In this document: in pieces, positions 48,448-55,965 of the stretch
Layout of the letters: each line of letters starts with the position of its first letter
Position numbering within the stretch: position 1 is the stretch's first letter
DNA from: a virus
Lineage: Duplodnaviria; Caudoviricetes
Length of the DNA: 64,000 nt
Virus record (IMG/VR): IMGVR_UViG_3300037524_000636
Location: 5,857-69,856 of that record
Reading direction: 5' to 3' (one strand)
Made by a program: the position numbers and the translations under genes
The notes under the pieces: model-generated
What the model was told of the DNA's origin: nothing
What the model saw: only the letters and a program-made list of their open reading frames with translations
Database searches by the model: none

Positions 48448-49040
48448 AGACGGGACACAACGCGAAAGCGACGAACGCGAAGCCGCCCTTGCGGACGGCT
48501 TCGTCCGTTAAGGCGAAGACGAAGCCCGCTCCAAAGACGAGCGCGAAGACGAAGCCCGCTCCAAAGACGAGCGCGAAGACGAAACCCGCGAAGACGAAGA
48601 GGCAGCTGCCGAGTGAGCGTCTCGGCGTGCCAGCGACGACGCCGGACGTCGACATCAAGCTGGATCGAATCTCGGCGATCATGAAGAAGAAGAGCCAGAA
48701 GAGCCCGTTTTGGGACGACGATGACGACGCGCAGGAGCCCGCGCCTGTCCAGTCCCTGCCCGCCCCTGGCTCGAATGGCACGAGCGCGAGCGACGACACG
48801 TCCTTGGCACCTCCAGGCCCGCGTGAGCTGAAGAACCCGCAACCCGTTGCCGGCTACTTCAACGTGACGACGCGCGCAGGCAGTCACGTCGTCATCGTCG
48901 ACGTTGCGGACAAGACGTCGCATGACCTCCAGGTCTATGCGCGCGACCTCCGCACGACGATGACCGTGAAGCGTAGCGACCTCATTCCTGCCGACGTCGT
49001 CGACGCGATCGTCGACCAGTTGCGCAAGCTCAAGAGCTGA
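48444..49040 (+). CDS. Lys/Ala/Pro-rich protein with a 30-bp tandem repeat (AKTKPAPKTS x2, 48513-48583)
   Basis: Repeat read directly; small beta domain at C-terminus. Confidence 0.6.
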   Translation: MKTGHNAKATNAKPPLRTASSVKAKTKPAPKTSAKTKPAPKTSAKTKPAKTKRQLPSERLGVPATTPDVDIKLDRISAIMKKKSQKSPFWDDDDDAQEPAPVQSLPAPGSNGTSASDDTSLAPPGPRELKNPQPVAGYFNVTTRAGSHVVIVDVADKTSHDLQVYARDLRTTMTVKRSDLIPADVVDAIVDQLRKLKS

Positions 49041-49078
49041 ACACCGTAACAACAAACCGAATACAGGAGACACACAAG

Positions 49079-49263
49079 ATGAGAACACAACAGATGAAAC
49101 CAAGTGCGGCGCTCGTCACGACGAGCGTCTGGAGGGCCTGGAGCGGATTCTCCGCTTGCAATTCCTGGATGAGCGCGACCGCCCGAAATACGAGATCGAG
49201 CGATTCCAGTTGCTCAGGATCCAACTCGACAACCTCGCGAGACAGGACCAACCCAAGCCGTAG
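49079..49263 (+). pseudogene. Small gene with an apparent frameshift near its start
   Basis: Protein-like frame DETKCGARHDERLEGLERILRL..KP* ends at TAG 49261-63 but is out of frame with the leader-supported ATG 49079. Confidence 0.4.
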
Positions 49264-49284
49264 TCATCGAGCAAATACCAAGCA

Positions 49285-49491
49285 ATGAGCACCGTGCCAA
49301 AGAGGATCAGCTTGAAATTGTTGGGCCTGGATGGAAACGCGTTCGCCCTGATGGGCGCGTTCAGGAAGCAGGCCAGGATCGAGGGCTGGACCGACGACGA
49401 GATTGCGGTCGTGCTCGTCGACGCAATGAGCGGAGACTACTCGCGCCTGCTTTACGTTCTTTCGAGCCATTGCGAGCCTCCGCACGAGTAG
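49285..49491 (+). CDS. Conserved small phage protein
   Basis: L.GLDGNAFALMG..R..G..EI..AMSGDY..LL motif. Confidence 0.75.
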   Translation: MSTVPKRISLKLLGLDGNAFALMGAFRKQARIEGWTDDEIAVVLVDAMSGDYSRLLYVLSSHCEPPHE

Positions 49492-49516
49492 TCATCGAGC
49501 AAATACATCGGAAGGA

Positions 49517-49553
49517 GCAAAAGGGCGTTGCAAGTGCGGCGCCCTTTTGCTTT
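49517..49553. terminator. Bidirectional-type Rho-independent terminator
   Basis: gcaaaagggcg/cgcccttttgc stem ending early island 2. Confidence 0.75.
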
Positions 49554-49565
49554 GCCTCGATCAAC

Positions 49566-50522
49566 ATGCCCACGAAGCGCAAGAGAACAGGCAAGGGAAA
49601 ATACACCGACCAGCTCGCGATCGACATCGCCCTGCTCGCCCTGACAGGCGCGAATGATCGCACGATTGCGAAGACGATCGGAATACACGAGCGCGTCCTC
49701 GCCGACTGGAGGGACGCAAAGCCCCTGGTCGCCTACGCCTTGAATCGAGCCCGATCAAGCGACTTCCAGTCCGTGAAGTCCTTCAGCAAATACGTCTACA
49801 AGTGCCTCTCGCCGAAGATGCGTCGCCTGTGGGACCGGATCGAGTTCTACCAGGAGCACCCCAACGCCCATCAACGCATCAACGCCCTCCTGGCTGAGCA
49901 GGGCCTCAGGGTCAGGCAGAGCCTCTTCGTCCACGCGATGATCCAGGCGAACTTCAACGCATCGGAAGCCTGCCGAATGATTTCCCTCCCCTACGCCCAA
50001 TTCCGTAGATGGGTGTATGATGATCCTGGATTCCGGCAACTGCTGGACGAGGTGCATTGGCACAAACAAAATTGGGTGGAGGGAAGCCTCATGAATCTGA
50101 TCGCCACCGGAAACACCCTGGCGACCATTTTTGCCAGCAGGACCCTCAATAGGGACAGGGGCTATTCCGACAAGGTGGACGTCAATGTAACTGGAACGAT
50201 CAAGCACGATGTATCAGTCAAGGTCGTGCGAGTCGACGAGCTGAAACTGAGCATTGAGACAAGAAGGGAGTTGTTGCAAGCCCTGCGAGAGAGAAAGCAG
50301 CCCCTGTATCAGCGCGCCCTCGACGTGCCACAAGAGAACGCGCTCGCATTGCCAACTGCTGGTGTGAATGGGGAGAACACACGCGCAGCAGGATCACACG
50401 AATCTGGGCATGCGAGAAATGTTGAATTCGGGCATGCGAGAAATGTTGAATTCGTGCCCGATCCCTCGCCTACGCCCGCCCGCGGGCCAGGTCTCTCGCC
50501 GATTGAGGTCGTCGACGAGTGA
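49566..50522 (+). CDS. terS: Terminase small subunit
   Basis: Two HTH-like segments; EGSL..G..ATIF..RT..RDRGY.DK.V.V motif; upstream of terL. Confidence 0.65.
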   Translation: MPTKRKRTGKGKYTDQLAIDIALLALTGANDRTIAKTIGIHERVLADWRDAKPLVAYALNRARSSDFQSVKSFSKYVYKCLSPKMRRLWDRIEFYQEHPNAHQRINALLAEQGLRVRQSLFVHAMIQANFNASEACRMISLPYAQFRRWVYDDPGFRQLLDEVHWHKQNWVEGSLMNLIATGNTLATIFASRTLNRDRGYSDKVDVNVTGTIKHDVSVKVVRVDELKLSIETRRELLQALRERKQPLYQRALDVPQENALALPTAGVNGENTRAAGSHESGHARNVEFGHARNVEFVPDPSPTPARGPGLSPIEVVDE

Positions 50523-50903
50523 CGCAACGGTCGGCAGGACGACGCGAGCGAGTGACGAACCATCGGAGATGAAGCTACGGCGAAGAGCGCACTACGGAAA
50601 CGGGCCTTTCCTCCTGCGCTTGTGCATCATGCGCAGGCTTGAGCGCGCGCATGCGTGGGCGCATTGCACGAGCACACGCGCGCAATTACACGCACGCACA
50701 CGCGAGGGCGCATGGCATGCGAGCGCGAAAAGCTGCCAGTCCTGGGTCGGAAGAGCCCGTGCCCATGTCTCGCACGCATTCACGAGTGAAGGGCGGGAAT
50801 TCTTGCCCGCCCTGGTCAGCCCTGGCCAGGCCATCGACGCACCACGACGCGGTTTCGAGCCCCCACCACTCAACCGATCACTCCATGCGACAATAACGAC
50901 GCC

Positions 50904-51131
50904 ATGACGACACAACACGACACACCGCACCTGAGCGCGAGCGCGTTCGATGATGCGCTCGCGCTCAACGCACTTCCAGCCGAGTGCACGGTTTCGTTCG
51001 ACGAGCGAGACGTCGAACAAACTTCCCATCGCCTGCTTCGCCTGCTTCGGTTGGGCTACATTGCACAAGCTGAACGAAGGGATGGTCTCAGCTCTCTCCG
51101 AACCTGGCGCATCGCGCGCAAGACGACATGA
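50904..51131 (+). CDS. Small hypothetical protein
   Basis: ATGA coupling to next gene; CA-rich start. Confidence 0.5.
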   Translation: MTTQHDTPHLSASAFDDALALNALPAECTVSFDERDVEQTSHRLLRLLRLGYIAQAERRDGLSSLRTWRIARKTT

Positions 51132-51841
51132 ACGTCAGCAACAATCTGATCCGTCTCGTCTACGTTTGCTTCGGCTCGGAGTCATTCGCGCGACTTGCCC
51201 GATGGTCGCTCTCGACTCTCCGGGCGACGAAGACAAGGTTGCCCGTCTGGGTCTTGACCAATCGCACTATGGCGCACGACTTCTCGGAGTTCGACCACGT
51301 CGTGCGGGTCGATCCCGATCCCGCGCTCGTGCGCGTGGGCCATCGCGCGGCCCACCTCGACTACAAGGGTGCGCTCATTGTCGCGCTCCTTGAGCGAGAG
51401 TGGTTGCCGATCGTTACGGTCGACGTTGACAGCGAGTTCCTCCGGGACCCATCGCCTGAGTTGGAGTCGATCGTCGAGCCGTTCGCAATGTGCCCGGCTC
51501 CCGATGATCCGATCATTGAGCATGCGCAAGGGAGCTGCATCGAGCGTCAGAGTGGCCTCATGGCCTTCCCGATCGCGCGCGATCACGAGAGCATCGCCCG
51601 GCTTTACCGAAGAGCGTTCGACGAGCTTCGCCTGCACACGAGCGAAGGCTGGCGAAGCGATGCCTTGCTTGAAGAGCGCGCTTGGTCGCTCGTGCACGCC
51701 AGGCTCGCGCCGCAAGTCACACTCTTGCCCAGGACGTTGAACTGGTCGCGCCTGTGGGGCATGCCTCCGCACGATGTTGCGCTCGTGCATCATCATGGGA
51801 ATGCGAAGTTCATCCTGCCGAACTTGGAGGGCTTGCGATGA
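51128..51841 (+). CDS. GT-A fold nucleotide-diphospho-sugar transferase (GT8-like)
   Basis: VWVLTN, DXD (VDVDSEF..DP), QSGLM.F, LLP..LNW, LVHHHG..K. Confidence 0.6.
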   Translation: MNVSNNLIRLVYVCFGSESFARLARWSLSTLRATKTRLPVWVLTNRTMAHDFSEFDHVVRVDPDPALVRVGHRAAHLDYKGALIVALLEREWLPIVTVDVDSEFLRDPSPELESIVEPFAMCPAPDDPIIEHAQGSCIERQSGLMAFPIARDHESIARLYRRAFDELRLHTSEGWRSDALLEERAWSLVHARLAPQVTLLPRTLNWSRLWGMPPHDVALVHHHGNAKFILPNLEGLR

Positions 51842-53406
51842 CTCGCACCTACACGGAGCAAGCGTCGAGACGCGCCTGGAGTGATGCCCTCACGACCGAC
51901 CGGGGGCGCAAGGACGCACCTGCCCTGGACGAGGACGATCTTGTCGCGTCGACGTGCCGAGACTCGCTCGAGGACTTCGTCCGGGAGTTCTGGGACGAGG
52001 TCGTGCCGCAGCCCCTGGTCTGGAATTGGCACATGACGTGCATTTGCGAGGCATTGCAGCGCGTCGCCGAGCGCGTCTTCGCTGGCAAGCCGAAGCTGTA
52101 TGACCTGATCGTCAACGTCCCGCCAGGCACGAGCAAGAGCACGATTTGCAGCGTCATGTTTCCGGCCTGGACGTGGACCCGGATGCAAAGCGCGATCACG
52201 ATAGGCGTCAGCTACACCGAGCGACTCGCGCTCAATCTCGCGCGCAAGCAGCGCGAGTTGATCCGAAGCGACAAGTATCAGCGCGTCTTCGGGCTCGGCA
52301 AGCTCAAGGTCGACCAGGACCTGAAGGGTCACTACGAGAACGAGCAGGGAGGCGCGCGCATCTCGTTTGGCACCGGGGGCACGACCGGCTACCACGCCCA
52401 CTTCCTCATCGTCGACGATCCGCTCAATCCGAACGAGGCGGCAAGCGAGACTGAGCTTCGCTCCTGCAACGACTGGATGGACTCGACCTTGTTCACTCGC
52501 AAGGTCGACAAGGAGGTCTCGGCGACGATCCTGATCATGCAGCGCTTGCACCAGGCGGATCCGACGCAGCACATGCTGGACCGGGCGAACGACGACAACC
52601 CGATCAAGCACATCAGGCTGCCAGGCGAGCTGGTCGCAGGCATCGAGCCCGTTCCGGCGTCGTTGCGCGAGCACTACGTCGACGGCCTGCTCGACGTGCA
52701 TCGGTTGAAGCGACGACAGCTCGCCGAGCTCCGGATCAAGCTGGGCGACTACGGTTACGCCTCGCAAATCCTCCAGGTTCCTGTGCCCCCGGAGGGAGGC
52801 ACGTTCATCGTCGAGCGGTTTCGCATCGCGCATCCCACGGTGACGATCGTTCGGCAAGCCCGGTTTTGGGACAAGGCGGCGACGCCTGGGAAGGGCGACT
52901 GGTGCGCGGGAGTCCTGGTGGGTCGCGACATCAACAACGCCTGGTGGGTGCTCGATGTGCGGCGTGGCCGGTGGGACACGCACACGCGAGAGCAGGTCAT
53001 CCGGGACACGGCAGAGCGCGACGGGGCGGCGACGTTGATCGGGATCGAGCAGGAGCCCGGGAGCGGGGGCGTCGACTCGGCCTGGATGACGATTTCTAAC
53101 CTGGACGGATTCAACGTGCGGGCCTTTCGCTCGACTGGCTCGAAGGTCGAGCGCGCGACGCCAGTCTCCGTGCAAGTCAACGCGCGCAACTTTCTCATTG
53201 CCGCCCAGGCGTCGTGGCTCTCCGACTTCATCTCCGAGCTGCATCACTTCCCATTCGGCCTGCACGATGATCAAGTCGACGCTCTCGCCGGAGCGTTCAA
53301 CATGCTGGCAGGGGTGGGTCCGCGCAAGCGAGCAGGCGCGCTCATGCGCAGGCGAGTCGTGCGTCCGCCTTCGCCCGACGATCGAGCGACGACAATACAG
53401 GCATGA
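51838..53406 (+). CDS. terL: Terminase large subunit
   Basis: WNWH, Walker A NVPPGTSKS, Walker B LIVDDP, nuclease WDKA..D..G, G.KV.RA, HDDQVDA. Confidence 0.93.
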   Translation: MTRTYTEQASRRAWSDALTTDRGRKDAPALDEDDLVASTCRDSLEDFVREFWDEVVPQPLVWNWHMTCICEALQRVAERVFAGKPKLYDLIVNVPPGTSKSTICSVMFPAWTWTRMQSAITIGVSYTERLALNLARKQRELIRSDKYQRVFGLGKLKVDQDLKGHYENEQGGARISFGTGGTTGYHAHFLIVDDPLNPNEAASETELRSCNDWMDSTLFTRKVDKEVSATILIMQRLHQADPTQHMLDRANDDNPIKHIRLPGELVAGIEPVPASLREHYVDGLLDVHRLKRRQLAELRIKLGDYGYASQILQVPVPPEGGTFIVERFRIAHPTVTIVRQARFWDKAATPGKGDWCAGVLVGRDINNAWWVLDVRRGRWDTHTREQVIRDTAERDGAATLIGIEQEPGSGGVDSAWMTISNLDGFNVRAFRSTGSKVERATPVSVQVNARNFLIAAQASWLSDFISELHHFPFGLHDDQVDALAGAFNMLAGVGPRKRAGALMRRRVVRPPSPDDRATTIQA

Positions 53407-54563
53407 GTTGCATGCACGACGACGAGGCTGCCCGCAGGCTGGCCAGGCCTGTGCGCCAAAGCGCGCCTGACGCGCTCTTCGAGATCCCACCGGACTGGCG
53501 CGAGCACTGGTGGCAGATGCCCAGCTTCCGGATGCGCGACGCGACCGCGTTGCATCAGGTCGTCGTCAACTTCATGACCCGCGAGGACATCGAGTGTTTC
53601 TCGCAGCTCACTGGTCTTCCAGTCGCGGAGACCTCGTCGTCGACCTGGTTCCCACACCAATTGCGCCTGAATGGCAGCTACGAATACGACGGCGGCCCAG
53701 TGCCCAACAAGTATCCGATCTGTCTTCCGTCGAAGGGGCGCGCGGACTGCCAACGCACGGCGCGCGTCCTTGATCGCATGGGCCTGCCATATCGCTTCTT
53801 CGTCGAGAAAACCGAGTTCCGGGAATACGTCAGGCACCTGGGGCGCGAGCGCGTCGTCCGGATGCCGTTTCACGATCTGGGCAAGGGTTCCATCCCTGCG
53901 CGCAACTACATTTGGGACTGGGCGCGCGATCACGGGCATCGGAGGCATTGGGTCGTCGATGACAATATCATCGCCTTTGCGCGCTGCAACGACAATCGGC
54001 GCCTGTGCGTGCGCGGGGGCGGGTTCTTCCGGGCGATGGAGGACTTTGTCGATCGGTATGAGAACATTGCCCTGGCCGGGCCGCACGAGCGCGGTTTCAT
54101 GCCAGATCGCAACGGGCGCGCGTCGCCCTACCTCCTGAACACCCGGGTCTACTCCTGTATCCTGATCGACACTACACTGCCAGATCGGTGGCGGGGTCGC
54201 TACAACGAGGACACGGACCTGTCGCTCCGCCTGCTCAAGCAGGGCTGGTGCACGCTCGTCTTCCGCGCCCTGCTCATGCGCAAGTGGTCCACCGTGGGTG
54301 TCGTGGGGGCGAAGGCACTCAGGGGCGGCAACACTGACCATGTCTACAACACCGGCGACCACCGGCGCGAGTTCGCCGAGAGCATCGCGCGCCAGCACCC
54401 GGACGTCGCTCGCGTCGTGTGGCGCTTCAACCGGTGGCATCATCTCGTCGACTACTCGCTTTTTCGGCACAACAAGCTGCGACTCAAGCCCGGTGTGGTT
54501 CCCGTTCCGGGCGACAACGAATACGGGATGAAGCTCGTCCGGACGAAGAAGCTGGCAAAATAG
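53403..54563 (+). CDS. TAGT/GREB1-like glycosyltransferase, copy 2, fused to its small partner domain
   Basis: N-terminus matches 38733-39053 and the rest matches 39040-39909 (KYPICLPSKGR, ARNYIWDWA, HWVVDDN, WRGRYNEDTD). Confidence 0.78.
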   Translation: MSCMHDDEAARRLARPVRQSAPDALFEIPPDWREHWWQMPSFRMRDATALHQVVVNFMTREDIECFSQLTGLPVAETSSSTWFPHQLRLNGSYEYDGGPVPNKYPICLPSKGRADCQRTARVLDRMGLPYRFFVEKTEFREYVRHLGRERVVRMPFHDLGKGSIPARNYIWDWARDHGHRRHWVVDDNIIAFARCNDNRRLCVRGGGFFRAMEDFVDRYENIALAGPHERGFMPDRNGRASPYLLNTRVYSCILIDTTLPDRWRGRYNEDTDLSLRLLKQGWCTLVFRALLMRKWSTVGVVGAKALRGGNTDHVYNTGDHRREFAESIARQHPDVARVVWRFNRWHHLVDYSLFRHNKLRLKPGVVPVPGDNEYGMKLVRTKKLAK

Positions 54564-54590
54564 ATTGGATCCTCGCCGCTTCCGAAGTCG

Positions 54591-54680
54591 TTGACTTCCG
54601 TAGACTTGCGCGCCCCCTCGCTCTGCGGGGCGATTTCATCGGAAAATTGTAGTCGACAACGCCCTGCCGATGGCGATGAT
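54591..54680 (+). promoter_or_regulatory. Second copy of promoter/operator block (GTCGAC-N17-GATGAT)
   Basis: Aligns with 47421-47498; ATG 8 nt after GATGAT. Confidence 0.6.
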
Positions 54681-54688
54681 CGTCGTCG

Positions 54689-55114
54689 ATGAAGACACAT
54701 ACGCTCTTGAATCGCAGAACACACAACATGATTGCGCTCGTGGCTGCACGGCAGATCAGCGACCTATATCGCCAGACGGCTCGGCGGTTCAACTCGGTTG
54801 GCGTTGACGAGACGTTCAAGTGGTTCGGTTTCCCGGCGACGATCGACGCTCATCTCGCGCAACCGGGATTCCGATCAGGCATCATCGAGCACACCGAAGC
54901 GATCTACGGCAAACTTGATCGCCGGGTGAAGATCGACTGGATCCGTGTGCTACAGATCGCTGACGCCGAGATTCGTTTCGCGTTCTCTTGCGACGTCGAG
55001 CTGCACAAGACCGCAACGACGATCGCACTTTTTCGCGCTGCTCGCGATCGCGCCGAGCAGGAAGCCGAGATGCGCAAGAACGATCCCGCGCTTCTCAAAC
55101 ACGCAACGAACTGA
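54689..55114 (+). CDS. Early-type hypothetical protein (MKTHTL...)
   Basis: Directly after promoter block. Confidence 0.6.
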   Translation: MKTHTLLNRRTHNMIALVAARQISDLYRQTARRFNSVGVDETFKWFGFPATIDAHLAQPGFRSGIIEHTEAIYGKLDRRVKIDWIRVLQIADAEIRFAFSCDVELHKTATTIALFRAARDRAEQEAEMRKNDPALLKHATN

Positions 55115-55126
55115 TGCACACACACA

Positions 55127-55423
55127 ATGAAGACACACACGACACGACAGACGCTCGCGGGACCGATCCCGCATGCGAACGACACGCTCTCACGATGCGC
55201 AAGCGCAGTGCTCGCGATCAAGCGCAGGCAAGCAATCGGCGAGGAGCTTGACGCGCAGTTCGACGGGGGCGAGTTCAGCCGTCCCGCTCACGCTCGCATC
55301 TTGCAAGACGAGCTGATGCGCTGCGTCGCCCGCTTTGGCTTCACGCCGACAGGCTACGACATCGCGGTTGGCCGCCGGGTGTGCAACCGCTTCGCTCACT
55401 TCAATGAACTCCTGATCGACTGA
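55127..55423 (+). CDS. Early-type hypothetical protein (MKTHTT...)
   Basis: CA-rich leader. Confidence 0.6.
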   Translation: MKTHTTRQTLAGPIPHANDTLSRCASAVLAIKRRQAIGEELDAQFDGGEFSRPAHARILQDELMRCVARFGFTPTGYDIAVGRRVCNRFAHFNELLID

Positions 55424-55446
55424 CAACAACTGAGGGGACACGCAAC

Positions 55447-55875
55447 ATGACATCAGCACGAAAGAAACTGGCCGAGGCGATCCGCTTTGCGGGGCACGGC
55501 TTCTCACACGAGCAAGTCAAGGTGGTCGCAGACGCGCTCACGACAAGCGAGCGCGAGCGCGCCCGCTTCACCGAAGCGGCGACGCCGAGCTGCCTGAAGG
55601 TGAAGGGCAGCGATCGCGTCATCCGCATGGGCGCGCCGCTCTCTGCAATCGTCACGATCTGCGAGCGCATCCTTGACACTGAGAACTGGAAGAATGGCAC
55701 CGCGTGTCCGTTCTTCACGAGCGACTACATGCTCGCGCTCGACGTCGAGAGTGCGCTCGCGTTCTACTGCGGCGGCGCAGAGCGTCACGAAATCACGCTT
55801 AAAGGCCCGGGTGGCATGCTCGTCAGGCTTCACAAGGTGACATCGAAAGGGTACTATCACTACACGGGTGCGTGA
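55447..55875 (+). CDS. Early-type hypothetical protein
   Basis: GAGG leader; compact ORF. Confidence 0.6.
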   Translation: MTSARKKLAEAIRFAGHGFSHEQVKVVADALTTSERERARFTEAATPSCLKVKGSDRVIRMGAPLSAIVTICERILDTENWKNGTACPFFTSDYMLALDVESALAFYCGGAERHEITLKGPGGMLVRLHKVTSKGYYHYTGA

Positions 55876-55904
55876 TTGACAAGCGCGACACGATCGCGTA
55901 GGCG
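55876..55904 (+). promoter_or_regulatory. Promoter TTGACA-N17-TAGGCG upstream of portal
   Basis: Consensus -35 with 17-nt spacer. Confidence 0.55.
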
Positions 55905-55907
55905 ACC

Positions 55908-55944
55908 AGGGCGATGGGCATGGGCTCATCGCCCTTCTTCTTTT
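55908..55944 (+). terminator. Terminator/attenuator hairpin before portal
   Basis: agggcgatg/catcgccct stem plus ttcttctttt. Confidence 0.7.
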
Positions 55945-55965
55945 GTATCATCCGATCAAATACAC

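Noticed and set aside
22760-53490. Long antisense ORFs (22760-23881, 32480-33670, 39986-41002, 51793-53490 and others)
   Set aside because: Lie opposite well-supported genes in a GC-rich genome and show no motifs
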